This document shows positions 1 to 59,342 of a DNA stretch of 64,000 nt, piece by piece. Made by a program: the position numbers and the translations under genes. The stretch is taken from assembly GCF_009834535.1 (NCBI RefSeq), contig NC_045697.1, forward strand, positions 66,900,001 to 66,964,000, in the 5' to 3' direction. The first letter of the stretch is position 1; every line of letters begins with the position of its first letter. This DNA is from Camelus ferus. Taxonomy: Eukaryota. Under the pieces are notes generated by a model, which was given only the letters and a program-made list of their open reading frames with translations, was not told the DNA's origin and did not search any database.

Positions 1-1910
1 AAGAAGAATCCTTACCAAACTTGAGTTTAACATTTTTTCCTGTAAAGTAGCAACTGGTAACATCACACTCAAGATGTTCAACTTCAAGGAAACACAACAA
101 AAAAAGGCAATAACCAAAAGCACAAATTAAAAAAAATTAAAGTGTGAATTAAAGATACTACAATCAAACAAAACAACTCCTTGGAAACTAAAATCATCTA
201 AAAGCACACGAGAGAGCGACGACTTGCTACGTATGGTGAATCCCATGTATAAATTTTGTGTCAGGAAACAAGAGGCGTGCCCACTTGGTAGGCTTTTGTT
301 CCCTATTGTTGTGGCTGAAGTGTCATAACTTCAGGTATTTTATAGCTAAGCCCACTTAAAAAATAGTGTCACATATTTTAAAAAGCTTGGTTTTCTGAGT
401 TCTGCATGAAATCATCTTGGTTATTACACATATGATACAGGTAAGTCAGAGAACGTAAAAATAACAGATGTATGAATCAATAAGATACAGCTTCACAGTT
501 AAATGCCTTCCTCTTAATCTCCCTGGGAGTATTCATTTAATACACCCACCAGGAACTGTGTCAGGCTCTGGGACACAGACGACTCGGTCTTGGTCCCTGC
601 CTCAAACCACACTCATGGACCACAGGTGAGGGGAGTGCCAACATACAAACACGTAACTCGACGTGCTCAGCTCTAAGACAGCTTCTTTTGGGACCCAGGT
701 TGCTTTTGGGTCCCAATGGTTAGGATATTTCACATACCTTAAAAGAGGATAGGAATGAAATATATTTAAGGTCAAAAGACTTAGGAAGACTTAAGAAAAA
801 TACTGTGACCTTGGAAAGAAATGCCATAATAGGAATTAAGATCATCTAGGCTCTTTCCTCTCAGAAATATAAATGTCACCTTCCCTAGCAAAGGCTGTCC
901 TCCCTCCTGGCCACACCTCTACTGCCTTGTTCAGGCTCCAGGTTGCCTCGATGGGTGTCTATAGATGGGGTCACTTCCCGCCTGCCTGTCAGTTCTACTG
1001 CCACCCCTCCAATTTCGCCTTGAAAAGACTCTCTCAGGGGTCAGTTATCAGCAGAAATGTCTCCAGCCCCTCCTTCCACGGGAACACGCACACAAACCCC
1101 ACGTCACCAGGAGGAGCCTCCTGTGCCTCAGAGCCTGGTGTCCGCTGGGGTCTGAGCAATCCCGTGGAACGGCTGCTTCCCCGGTGTGGTGGCCGCCCCA
1201 ATGCAGGCTCCTCTGTGGAGCCTGTGAGGGATTGTTCCAAAGGCAGGGACAAGGGATTCCACAGTAGAAACAAACATCTTTCACAATAACCAATTAAACC
1301 AAGACATTATCCATGCCAAGCCATTAGCCTGGGCCACTTAAGAGCCACAATAAATCCAAGCTGTTTTAAAGGTCTGTGCGTACAAACGGACACCTCTGGC
1401 CTGCACTCGGAACTCTCCAGGCTCTAAGAGGGTGGGATCTGCCCTCATTAAGCCTGACAGAGCAAGGCGCGTTGGAGAGCCCAACAACTCCTACCCTCTG
1501 GCTTCCCTAACCCCAATTTTTCCCTCCGCATTAACCACGCCTGCCTCTAACTCCGCCTCCACCTCTGCCTCCTGTTCCTCCTCCTCCGGCTCCATCCCTG
1601 TCTCACAGCTGGTGCACACAGGAGCCCCCAGGTGATGCGGCTGCCTAGGTGACAGGGCTGAGTATATGGAAATGCCTGAAGGGCATCTGCTGGAATGTGA
1701 CAACTCTCTGTCCCAGTGCAAAGCAGTGACTGTGCAAGGAGCTGTGTGAGGTGCTGGGGCCCTGGCTTGGTCCTCCACACTCTGTGTTCATCCTCATTCT
1801 CCAATCCCCCTCACCCCATGCTCTGACATCCCTGGTCCTGCTCAAAGACTCACCTCCTCTCTCACACCACTGCTCTGAATTGTGCCTGTTTCTTTGAAGA
1901 CACTTGTTCT

Positions 1911-2064
1911 AATTTTTTTAATCTTAAAAAAAAATTGGGGGGAGGTAATTAGGTTTACTTGTTTTTTTTTTTTTTTTTTTTTTTAGAGAAGGTGCTGGGG
2001 ATTGAACCCAGGACCTTGTGTGCACTAAGCATGTGCCCTACCACCTGAGTTATATTCTTCCCCC
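1911..2064 (-). mobile_element. tRNA-derived SINE, camelid vic-1-like
   Basis: Minus-strand tRNA-like head with A/B boxes (GGTTCAATCCCC), an AAACCTAATTACCTCCCC body and an A-rich tail. Degenerate TSD ttgaagacacttgtt (1894-1908) / ttaaagacacctgtt (2065-2079). Confidence 0.85.
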
Positions 2065-3576
2065 TTAAAGACACCTGTTTTAGCTTCCAGTTTCTTTATA
2101 AGTTATCCAATGTGCAAGTTATCTAGCCTTTAGCTTTCCTTCTCTCTCTCTCTCATCTTCCCTCCAATGACTCTATCACTCCTCTCCTTTTCTTAGAAGT
2201 CTTACCAGCTACAGAAAGGGAGACACAAATGATGAAACTTAAATCCCATGTAACACATTAAAATCTCTTCGAGAAAAGAAAGTTGGAGGAGGTTAAATTA
2301 ATGCTTTGTTTTATTGTGTCTCCCTTCTGTCTCGGCATCGTCTAGATGTGCCCTGTTTGCACACTCTATTCTTGACAGAAGCACAGAGTCCTGAATGGGC
2401 TGTATTCACTGCGGCCAAGGAGCCTGGGGGTGGCACCTGGAACCTGAGCAGGTGGACGTGGCTCTCATGAGGACACACGGAGATGACCGTGCTGGGTGAG
2501 AACACAAAGGGCAGTAGATGGGGCAGCAGCCAGCCCTGCACGCGGGGGTTTTCAGTTCGGTCTGGATGTACGGCTCAACGGAGAGGGACCCTTAATCCAC
2601 CCTCTGTGAGGGGAGGGTGCTGGACCAAGCGTGGAAGCCGAGTTGTGCAGTTGCAGACCTGCACCCCACCTTTGGCAAGTTCTGCCACATCAACTCAGGG
2701 CTCTCCAGGCACAAAGAACAAACAGGCAGACGTTCAGCGTGCAACACACATTAAACCTCAAAAGACCAACCCTCAACGACTGCACTGCCTGGTGTTTTAA
2801 AAAATCACATCTCCCATCAGATTGCATGGAACCTGCTTTGCTCCTATGCCTTCCTTATTCCTGTGTTGAAACCTGCCCCTGTCATTTAGGGATGAGAAAT
2901 CTCTCTTTGCTAGAGGCCATCTCTGCTGTCGCCATCGCAGGTGTGGGCCTGTACGCTTCCAAAGCGGAGGCCAGAGAGAGGGCCATCCTCTCCTGTTCCC
3001 TGCCAGCTTTCCAGAGACACTGCTTGCAGCCCCCGCAGGTGGACCCCTCTTCCAACCCCGGGCCTCAGGCTGCAGAGCCGGCTGTGGGAACATCTGACTG
3101 TCAGCCGGCCTCTCCCACCTGCTGGGGTCCTCATCACAGGCACCCAGCCTCGCTGCATTATTTCCTCCTCCTGTGCTCACGCCGGGTGCTCTGCTCTCCC
3201 TGAGTCTATCTGCCATACTTCATCCCTCGTAATAACAAGGTTGGACTCAGGTGACCATATGCAAACATTTCCCGTCAAGGCCCCTCGTTTCAAGGGCTCT
3301 GCCTGCTGCTCCCACAGCTGCCACCACCACGGGTGCTGGGTCTGGGCTGCCATGGCCAGCTGCCCAGTCACGTCTGTCTGTGACACTTTTAAAGCAAAAT
3401 GCCAAAGGGTAGCACTCACGGAAGCGGCCGTGTCACTTGCGCACATCTGGGCTTACTTCTAAGGAAAAGATGACCTCACACATCTGTGTATCGGGAACAG
3501 GACTTTTTAGGTCATTCTAGACCCTCTGGAGTCATGTTGTATTTCTTCTCACCCTTCAACATTTATTTTTAACTTC

Positions 3577-4079
3577 TATATTAGTTTCCTGTTTCTGCAG
3601 TGAGAAACGACAATGGGTTTAGTGACTTAAAGAACACACACTTGTCTCCTTACCCTCTGGGGGTCAGAAGTCTGGCACAGGTCCCACTGGACGAAAATCA
3701 AGGTGGTGGTAGTGCTGCCTTCCTCTCTGGAGGCTCTAGGGAAGAATTTGCTTTTTCATCTTTTCCGCATTCCAGAGCTGCCTACATTCTTTGGCTTATG
3801 GTCCCCTCCTCCATCTTCAAAGCCAGCGATGGCGCATCTCTGATCCTTCCTCATGGTCATATCTCCACTTGATCAGAGCTGGAAAGGTTCCCCACTTTGA
3901 AGCACTAAGTAATTAGATCAGACCCACCCTGACTGTCCATCCAGGATAATCTCTCCATCTCAAGGTCCATACTGTTAATCATATTTGTAAAGTCTCCTTT
4001 CCCATGTAAGGTAACATCTTCACAGGTTCTGAACATTGTGTGTAGATATCTTTGGGGAGCCATTATTCTGTCTACTCCA
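3577..4079 (-). mobile_element. MaLR solo LTR, MLT1 family (MLT1C/D-like)
   Basis: Termini match the reverse complement of the MLT1 consensus (tatattagtttcct...gccattattctgtctactcca). Perfect 5-bp TSD acttc at 3572-3576 and 4080-4084. Confidence 0.85.
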
Positions 4080-6249
4080 ACTTCTATTTCTTCTTCTCTC
4101 TTTCCCCTCTCTCAAAACATAAATTTGACACTGCAGGTCATTCTGAAAATATATGACAGGGTGAGGGCTAAGTCTCATGGGAAGATGATAAAGACAGGAT
4201 AAATTTAGAGACATCAAAACGAACCCTGTCCCCAAATAGCTGACCTGCTTAAATAGCTGTCCCTACACAGCCGACCCGGCCTGCTACCAAACCTGAAACT
4301 CACTGCACAATTACATCACCAACAGAGTTAAGGTCTTCACTGAGCCATTATCTTCAAAATGCCATTATAATCTAAATGCCTACCTATGGATAATTAACAT
4401 TACTGAGTGACTATTTTGTGCCAGGAAATTTAATAACTTTGGTCAACTTGAATCTTCTAAGGGTCTCTGACGCAGACCAAATGACTGTCTGAGGAGGCCA
4501 AGTTCAATGAGCAGGGCCACGGAGCTGAGGAGGGGCAGAACCAATGGAGTCGGCCGGCTGGACCCAAGCTTTCCTGCCGCACCATGCTTCCTTCCACACA
4601 CTGGGCCGGGAACACACACTTGTCAGCTTTAACACACCTGTTGCTGTTGCTGCTGTTATCTGTGTTACATGTGTGGATGTGCTTAATTCCAGAGACCAGG
4701 ATCCTGGAAGTATGAAGCACAAATCAGGCTAGTTTTGAGGTTGTCTAAGGGAACTGAAAGACAGATACGGTCAGTGGGGCCAACCCAGTGGAGGGCCAGC
4801 CTTAGCTGTCCCAGGAGAGGCAGGTCTGACATGTTCTGAGCTCAGTAGGGTCACAGCTGGCCGTGGAGGGGCATCAGAAGGACACTGGGGAGGGAGCACC
4901 AGGTGGCAGGATGAAGTAAGACCGCTAACAAGCTACCTATAATAACAGTCTACGACTGCGGCCCAAGAAACCGAGCATCACACAATTCTCAACTAGACTT
5001 CCCACTTTCTTTCACTTTCAGTGTTTCATTTTTCTTATCTTTTCACACAGTATGATCTTTCATAGGGTTACCGCGCTATGTCACAGCCCGTATTAGGCAT
5101 GTGAAAACTGAAGTAATCCAAAGGCAACTCTTCCCTGCCGAACGACTACATGAAGAAAGCCAGCTTACACGGATACACACCATTTGGTTTGTATCACGTA
5201 CACGTTTGTCACAAATTCAGCTAACATCCACGCACTGCCCATACTATATGCAAATAACTCCTCTTTTAGGTTCAGGGTTCAGTGTTAACCCCTTTATTAG
5301 GAAAGGAGAGTCTTCTAACTGTACCCCTAGGATAGTGGGGATGAAATTACTTATGTCAGCACAGAAGCAGTTTCTCCCTGGGTGTTTTTAAACTCACCCC
5401 AAATGTAACCTTGCTCTCTGTTAATTTCTGGTCTATTTGTATTAGGATTTAAGTCTTGGCAAACAATGAAAGGAGAATACCACTATTGCTTTAATCATCT
5501 GAAGAGGAGGTAAAAAGAAAAGCCATGACATAACCCAACTCAGTCTTTTCAACAGAAGTGACCCCTCTATCTGAGAACAGCATTGGTTCTAAACCACTCC
5601 CCCAGCTCTTAGCATCTTTATCTCTTTACATGGACTCAGCTGGCACACAGCTCCCGCTGGTCCTCCCAGCACACGCACAAGGGAAAAACAAATCCACCTA
5701 AACGGTGCAGAAAAGAATCCCACTGTCCCCCGGCAGCCCTGACCTGCACCCCAGCAGTCACTGTAGGCATTCTAACTCTCCATCAATGCTTCCACATTGC
5801 TAAATGCAGCTTTTAAGTTTCAGATGACCATTTTTGCTTCCAAGTGTAACAAAACTCAGGGAAACTGTCACAAAAGCTGCTGAACTCAAAGAGGTAGGTG
5901 AGGAGATGAAAGAATGCCCCGCGGTTGCTGAGACCCCCCACACATCGGGAGATGTGGGGTCTCTTTTTTTCCCAGCCACATGGACAATAAGCACATGTGA
6001 TAACAAGTGGGAATTAAGGCTCCCGGTATGTTCAGATTGAGGCGCTGGGCACGGCCTTTTTCTCCAGACTGTGGTTCTGACCTGAAAATGGGTGCTGTAC
6101 GGGACTTCCCTCTCTGCCCTCGTTCAACATTCTGGGAGGATTTCTGCAATTAATGCCCAGGCCAGAGTGGTAACTAAGAAAATACCAAGTCCCGGGAGAC
6201 CCACTTTCAGGCATCATTTGCTGGGCTGGAGGTAGAGGTGGTGGAGGAG

Positions 6250-7330
6250 CTGGATTGAAGTGCAGACAAGTAGAGCTCCTTCTCGTCAGAGCTCAGACTC
6301 GGTGAGAAGAGGCTGAAATAAAAGGTCTGCAGGGTGAAGAACAGCAGCGGAGGGGGTGTCCCCTGAGTGGCACCACAGGCGTCAGGTCAAAGCATGAAGG
6401 GGCTGCGGAACAATCAGGGATTTGGGGCGACGGGGAGAGAGCCGGAAGAAGAGCTGTGTGAAATCGCACTAGTGAGGAAGAGAGAAATAAAAGGACCGTG
6501 GAGTAGCAGCAGAGCCACGGTTCAGGGCAGATGTCTTCGGAGTATAAGAGACTCAATCAGAAATTTACGAATTTTTAGAGAAACTTAATAGCCCGGAAGC
6601 AGAAGCAGAGGGCTTGCTCAGTGGAGGTCACCTGCAACTACAGAAATTAGAAAAACCTGCTGCAGCTTCGGATGGCAAGAGATTTCAGAGTGGAAGTGAG
6701 TTCCCTATAGATACGGGTCAGTGCAAATGAAGGTCTGTGGACCAGAAGGCCAGGGAAGGTTGAAGGTCTCCCTTCAGAGCAAAGCACAGCTTACACGCAC
6801 CTGTGTGAGAGACATGGAAGGTCAGATGGTTTCACAGGTGGGGGTCCTGGCTGGCAGAGACCTTGGTGCAGTTCCTGACGAGGAGGAAGTGCATCTACGC
6901 TGGTGGTGGATAAATGAGGATGATGTGAGGGTTACTAGGGTAAATCTGGGCAAAGGAGCTGAAGATGACTGGTGATTCTGAATTTGAGAGGATGATGGGA
7001 ATAAAGTGAGTGGGAAGAAAGACCATGAGGCAGGTACTGCCAGGACGGAGATTAGTGTTAAGGGAATTCTGTGCTAAGAACTGAAATGGATAATGAATCA
7101 CAGAGTAACAGAATAAAGAATAACAAAACAAAAACAGCCAGTCCAGAAGTACAGCCATGCCCTAGAAGTGGAACTTTTCCTCTTGGCTGTGTGGTTAGTC
7201 AGAGGGTGTCGTCCTCACTGCAGGGGCTGTAAGGGACGCAGGTTAGGGACAGAAAGGATGGAAGATCCAGTTGCGGTTAATGTGAGCAGGTAAAGGAATG
7301 GGGGAGAAGACGATTTGAGTATGGAGGAAA
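6250..7330 (-). mobile_element. Old LINE-2-like fragment
   Basis: Long purine-rich degenerate tract typical of antisense L2; boundaries approximate. Confidence 0.35.
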
Positions 7331-7399
7331 GTTTGTCACTAACAGGATTAAAGTTCCCAAAAGACCTGTGAAATTGTTTAGGATAATAGAGCTTGACCT

Positions 7400-7560
7400 T
7401 GGTTGCACAACAGAGTATCCCAGGTGGTGCTCAAACAAACAAAAAAACCAAACCCAACACCTATACCAATCAGACCAGAACCTCTGGGTGGGGACCCTGA
7501 AAAAAGTCTTTTTTTAAAGCTCCCAAACTGACTCCAACGTGCGCTGTGTAGAGAACTACT
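7400..7560. mobile_element. MER5-type hAT-Charlie MITE, degenerate
   Basis: ggttgcacaacagagtatcccagg...aatcagaccagaacctctgggtgggga...aagctcccaaactgactccaacgtgc...gagaactact. Confidence 0.55.
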
Positions 7561-8819
7561 ATTTGGGATTTAGGATGAGCAGGAGTGAGGAGTGGGGTGG
7601 GCCTGAAGGAAGAGGAGGTAATTGGAAGGGGCGATGCAAAAAGATAGTATTTATGGGTAACGGGGACCAGAGGAGCAAGGCGATGGGACAGAGACTGGTG
7701 AGAACATTAGCAGGCAAGGTGCCAAGAAGGCAGGATTTAGGTAATGGGCCTTTCTGAGTTAATCAGCCCCAAAGTTCCAATTCAAGCGTGGGCATCAGGC
7801 AGTGTTGGCGGGACAGAACTAATTGTCCCTTCGGTGTGTTGAATAGGTCGTTTACCTATAACTAGGGTTTTGGTATTTTGTGCATTATTAAAAGGCCATG
7901 AGGTACAGGAAAGCCTTATCCATTATTCATGTTTGTTTCAGGCTAAGTGCTGGATCCCCAGATGCTGAGAATTTATAAATGTCTACATGGAAAGCACTGA
8001 CCATGATATAAACTGCCCTTGGGTTGTTTTTACTTCTTAAACCTGTTCATCTATCTTTCTTGATGTTGACCATTTGCATCTCTTTTCACTAATTAACACA
8101 GTCAAAATTATTTTATTAAATTTTTTTTTGCACGGATTTGCGTGTCTGTTGGGAAGAAAGGTCAAGGGTGCCTGAGCATAAGAACTATGTGTGTGAATAC
8201 AAACTGTGCGTTAGCAGACATTTCAAATAGGATGTAGCTCTTCTATGGTATGCTTTTTGCCATGATTTTTCTTTGAATTATTAAAAAGACTTGCCTTAAT
8301 CAGACCCCATGGCTCACCTACAAATACCGTTTTCCCTAAGAAGAATTTAAGCCTAGGATGATTTCTCTCCTGTCAGTGCCTTAGCAGTATCACATTTGCA
8401 GGAAATATAAAAGAAGTAACCTTAAGCTTTACACTAGAGCTGTGTGTTCACATCATTTATTTAACATCTGAAACTCCTATAGGCTCAACCATCAAGAATC
8501 TATCCAGGGACTGACTACGTCTCATCCCTTCCAGGGACCCAACGTGCAACAGTTTTCATGACCCAGAGTACTCTCTGGATGGAAACTCCAGAAGGAAATA
8601 CCTTGATCCTCAGGGGAAAAAAATCTTCCCTTGGCTTCTTTGATGTATTTTTCTCCCACTTCTCTTTCTCCCCTGGGTGCTCCTCCTTCTGTAGTTCCTT
8701 CGCTGGCTGTCCCTACTCCCCCCGTGCAATGGCAGGGCCCCGTCCCTGTGCCTATCTAGGGTGTGGCTCTTCACGCAGCCCAGAATGCTGCCAGCTGCCC
8801 AAGCCTGAAGCCTGTTTTC

Positions 8820-9000
8820 TCCACTCAATAGCTGTGTGACCTATGACATCTTACTTAACCTCTCTGTGACTTGGGTTGCACATCTGTAAAACAAGGGCAA
8901 CCATACCCTTCAGGTTGTTGTGAAGATTAAAAGAGTTAATAAAAGATATGTAGAATCTCAATCTTCCTGGCACATAGGAAATTCTCAGTAATGTTTATTA
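8820..9000 (+). mobile_element. MIR SINE
   Basis: Core agctgtgtgacct...ttacttaacctctctgtg...catctgtaaaa and tail cctggcacatagga. Confidence 0.8.
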
Positions 9001-9069
9001 TTTTTATTAGTATTTTCACCCTCCACTCTCCCTTAATATTCTCCCCAACGACCATGAACGACAAATATC

Positions 9070-9870
9070 AATATTATATAATTAGTTCCTAAGTCTGTAT
9101 CTCAGGATCTGCTCTGTGTTCAGAGAGCCACACCTACATTTCTAACTGTCCCTTTGGGCACTTTTGTCCCGATGTTTAATTCATACCTCTAACTCAATCT
9201 TCAAAGGCAGTGTCACCACATCCACACTCCAGAGCTACCTGCCCCTGGGTCTGCTACTGTTACTTAGTGGCAAACTGGATCTTCTGCCCCACCCATTCAG
9301 GCTGAGTCACCAGGGCCTGCAAGAGTTACTTAATAGGACCTTTCATACCTTTTCTCTTCTAACTCCTCTGTCACCACCCCAGCTCTACTACACTTTTCTT
9401 AACTTGACTCATCTTTCCACTGACATCAGACTAATATTTCTAACAAACATTTCCAATCATCTTTTTCTTCTATTTACATCTTTCCAGCAGTTCTGCATTA
9501 ACCCAAGAAACTGAATCTCCAATCCTCTCTCTGATCATCAAGGTCTATCCCAATAAAACTCCAATCTACTGTTCTAGGCTTTCTGGAAGCAACAAGCCCA
9601 TAGACAGTCTGTATTTACTGTCTCCTCTGTGTTTCTTCATGCTGTTACCTTCACCCAGAAATCCTGCATTTTCCCCTCATTATCACTGGTCAAACCCTAC
9701 CTTCCATCAAGGCCAGTTTCAAATGTTAGCTCCTTTTCAGATTTCCTCAAAATAATATGATGCCTCCTTCTCCTGAACTCACACAGAACCCTGCATTCAT
9801 CAGGCATTTATCACAATCTGACTTGTCTCCTTGGCATACTCCTTTTATTCTTCCTTCCAGATCATAACAT
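9070..9870 (+). mobile_element. LINE-2 fragment
   Basis: Pyrimidine-rich L2 3' region motifs (acctacatttctaactgtcc, ccttccatcaaggcc...aaatgttagctcc); boundaries approximate. Confidence 0.5.
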
Positions 9871-10396
9871 CTTCAAAGGCACTTACTCTATCCTTTAAAG
9901 CTTCAAATGGGAGAAAATGGATGGCAATAATAGCACCAAGAATTAAGCTCATTTATTCTGCAAAGCAGCAGCCTGTTGTCAAATGCTAACCCTATTCCTC
10001 ACAGTCCTCATAAAAAGAATGGGAAAGCATATAATGAAGCAGCACACAAGAGGAACATACAGTGTGAGCAATCATGCCAATTCCTTTTATAGGAAGAACA
10101 CAGCTGAGATAAACAGGGGAGCAGATTATTTACCATCCACGGGTCTCATTGCCAAATTCTTCCACTTCTAAATTTTTCATTAAAAGAAATCAAGGAAGGT
10201 AAACATAAGTAGCCCTTGGGAGGAATCAGCATAATGGAAGCAGCTTATTTATCAGCTCGGCCTCAGAGAAATGTCTCATTTGTTTCTGTAACTGCATCGT
10301 TTGAATCCAAACACTTGTATTCACACACTTGGGTGCACACATATACGCACATCGTCTCTAGGTGTGAGATGGAAGGGTCAGGCTGGAGCCACTTAC

Positions 10397-56083
<45,687 letters not shown>

Positions 56084-58758
56084 CTAAAGATGCACAAGAG
56101 AAACAGATAAATCCCCAGAGTGGATCCCTCCATGGCTGTCTGTCCTAACTTATGTTTTCCAATGTGGATAGCATTGTTCCAGGCTATGAACTTCTGCAAA
56201 TGGGAAGAAGTAACTTTCTGAGGTCACATCATGTTAAGTATCACTCACCTGCCAAACATGCTGATTCTGTCTGTAGTACATTATTCTCAAATGTCAATGA
56301 CCCAGATGGGAAATACAGTGTTCAAATTGTTTTCACTTTGCCCTGCAGGCAGGAATCGGGGATGTGCACCACCAAGTTCAGAACTCAATCAAAAATAATA
56401 GGCTAAGCATTTCAAACTGGACTCAAATCTTTTCCTATTTGATTTGTTTACTCTTGGCAACTTACCTGCTGCTTTTCAGAAAAGAATTAAGGACTATTTA
56501 AAAAGCTCAAAAGGCATGTTAGACATCATGCAGCTCTAATAAAACAACATTTGGATGATCTACGTGTAGCCTTGCTGAAACAAATGGACTAAATTTCCCT
56601 GAAAATACACCGACTTTAAAATGTAGCAAACACATATTTACAGATGTATCTAAGACAACATACTTGGGGAGGGGGAAGGTTTTCTATCAGTTCTCAACGT
56701 AATCTAGCATACAAATCATACTCAAAGCTCTTCCTCGCCTATCACTAGCATCAAATCTTTGGCTCATGGTTTGCTTCTGGAGAACCTTAAGACATGACTG
56801 TTCAAAATCACTGAACTATTTTTCTATGCAAATATCCGTTTAGCAACAGCAATGCTATCCTTACAGAATGAAAGGAGGGAAGTGTATCTGCATAAGATGT
56901 CCTAAAGAAGGATCAACTATTTCTTGTCCTATAAAACTTGCGTTTTTCTACGACAGGTTTCTCCATAAAGCAAAACAACATTGATATTTACCACACTTAA
57001 ACTTTCCTTTTGCATTCGTGTGGATACAGATAGAAGTAACCTTTAGTGGTAGGGAGTCAATAGTGTTGCCATTTTCAAAATCTTAAGGAGCTTCCCCAGC
57101 ACCACAAGAGGTCTGGAAATTAATCTCTAAATCTATCTGGGGTCTAGATGTTGCACAGCTCCAAATTACATCTAACGCTTCTCTAATCCTTAGCAGAGAG
57201 GCAAGTTAAAGGGAGAAACAAAAAACAACTATCTTGAAATAAACATACTGAGGATGTAGATAAGAGCAGCTATTTGTAATGATGTAAATTTTGAAACAGC
57301 TAAACATTGTTGATATTTACACTAATGGAAGTGAGAAAGAAGGCAATTCATCTATAATAGTGAAGTTTTAAAACATGCATTTCATTTTAAATAAAGACAG
57401 CATATTCAGTCATGTGCTTGGGTATATTTGATCAAAGACTCACTCTCATTTAAGCTGGATTTTCTGAAAATTTGGTCTTACATGTGTGCTAATACAATCT
57501 TGCTAGAACTACAAGGGGAAAGGTAACAAAATTCAGATTGTAAGAAAACTACTTAATGATAACTGAAAGCTGAAATTAGTATCTTCTGAATCTAGTCTTT
57601 ACCACAGGTTTTCTTGGTAATTCTTAAGAAAGCTTTCCACTTATAGAAGGTACTGTTGGGCTCCCTTGATTTAGATCCCTGCTTGCTCCGCCCACTTACA
57701 GGGCTCTCCTTGGGGTGCTTCCATAACAAACCATTTGTATCCAAACCTTTGCCTCAGGTCTGCTTCCAGAGAACCCGATCTAAGTCAGGATTGTTCAAAA
57801 CTATGGTTTCTTCTACGTACATAATACCAGTTAAGAACAGTAATGTTATCCTGATCATAAATGACATAAAGTGATCCCAAGGGATACTGCAAACCACTTG
57901 GTTATTTGGAAAGTTTATTACATGGGAGAAAGAAAGCAATCTGCACTGTTGACAAGGATTTTAGAAGACTTACATGATTACTGAGTATGTGATCTTCACT
58001 ATCTTTTACATGACTCTGCATTTTCCTCAGGTGTCTCCCACCAACCCTGGAGCAGTGATTATGACCTGAGCTTCAAGGACCCCTGAGGAGCCTTAAGTGC
58101 TGTGGCAGCACCCCTGGACTCTGTGAGGGACACTGCCTTCCTCCCCGAACTCTGGCTTTAACCAAAGCTCTGCTTTGATGTTTTCCACATTAGGCTTGCC
58201 TGTATGCCTTTGTTTGAAACAACGGGGTCTACAGCTAGAAAATAGCTGTAGGAATGAAAAAAGGAGCAAAAGGACTCTGGTTTCTGGCAAGATGCCCCCT
58301 CCCAGTTCCCTATACCCTGGAAGTCCCAGTCTTGTCTCAGCATCCTGCTTTGAGACCTTATCTCCATAAGAAGCTCCCATCCAGACTGCCGGTCATCACT
58401 CACCTCCTGCCCTGGAATCATTCTGCTCTGCATGTCCCCATCACCCACTCTCCAAAACTTTTGAAATCCTCCCACACTCCCTTGGAATATAGCAGCAGCC
58501 GCCTCCAAAATTTCAACCTCTTTTTACATTGTTTTCTTCATTCTTCACTAACTAATCCTAGTTCTTCGTGATGCTGCTGTTTCTTCTGGGGTCCTCTCAC
58601 ACGGTGGGTGTTTGACTTCCCAGACCCAACACACCACCAGGCCTGGGGGGCCAGGAAGTGTCTTCCCTGATCTGCACTCTCTATTCCAGACCATGCTCTC
58701 CAAACACCTTTGCTTTCAATCTCATGCCATCAGATGTCACCCAATTTCTTCACCCAAT

Positions 58759-58759
58759 T

Positions 58760-58794
<35 letters not shown>
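58759..58794. repeat. (TA)n microsatellite, one interruption
   Basis: Directly visible. Confidence 0.9.
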
Positions 58795-58974
58795 TTGTCA
58801 TCTATAAACCTCTGGACTCAGTCATTTTATCCAGTATAATTTTTGTCATAATTTCTGATGATTTTAATAATCACAAAGATGACACTTTCAACATCTTGGC
58901 TTCTCAATTATGACTCCCTTCCTGCAATAATCTTGGTTTTCAAGTCACTCACACTCAGAGCCACACATTCTAGG

Positions 58975-59342
58975 CCAGAGGCTTTCAATCCTGGCTTCAC
59001 TGTAGTATAACTTGGAGATCATTTATAATATAATCAACTCTAAATCCACTCTAGAGAAACTGAATCCAACCCAGAAAAACTGATTCACTGGTCAAGATTT
59101 GTCTACCATCGGTGTGTGTGTGTGTTTTTTTTTTTTTTTTTTGAACTCCATAAGGGGCTGTGATTTACTGCTAGGTTGAGAAATATCACTCTAGGCCATT
59201 GCCTTTCAAATGAGATCCCTGGGCCAACAGCATCATAGCAACAGAGTCTCAGGCTCTGCCCACCAAGACTTCCTGAATCAAAATGTGCATGATAACAAGA
59301 ACCTCAGGGGATTTCCATGCACATTAAAGTTTGAGAATCATT
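58975..59342. mobile_element. Adjacent MER5A/MER5B-like MITEs
   Basis: tttcaatcctggct...ctgattcactggtc...ggttgagaa and gggccaacagcatca...ctgaatcaaaat...taacaaga...gcacattaaagtttgagaa. Confidence 0.6.

Noticed and set aside
688..716. Perfect 10-bp stem hairpin ttgggaccca-9nt-tgggtcccaa
   Set aside because: Too short for a pre-miRNA, plausible by chance in 64 kb, and no supporting context.
1530..1600. Acidic EPEEEEQEAEVEAELEAG stretch in ORF 1491-1778
   Set aside because: Translation of a degenerate (CCT/CCTCTG)n simple repeat, not a gene.
873..3462. Cluster of overlapping 80-190 aa ORFs on both strands
   Set aside because: No recognisable domains or splice structure; low-complexity P/S/G/C-rich translations expected of GC-rich intron.
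1..10396. Search for UNC5C exon 13 and later (UPA, death domain)
   Set aside because: No matching sequence found; these exons presumably lie beyond position 1, so this is not evidence of gene truncation.
56740..57790. Two ERVL-type LTR 3'-end-like motifs (tgcttctggagaacc...aagaca; tctgcttccagagaaccc...taagtca)
   Set aside because: Too degenerate to set boundaries or show they belong to one provirus.
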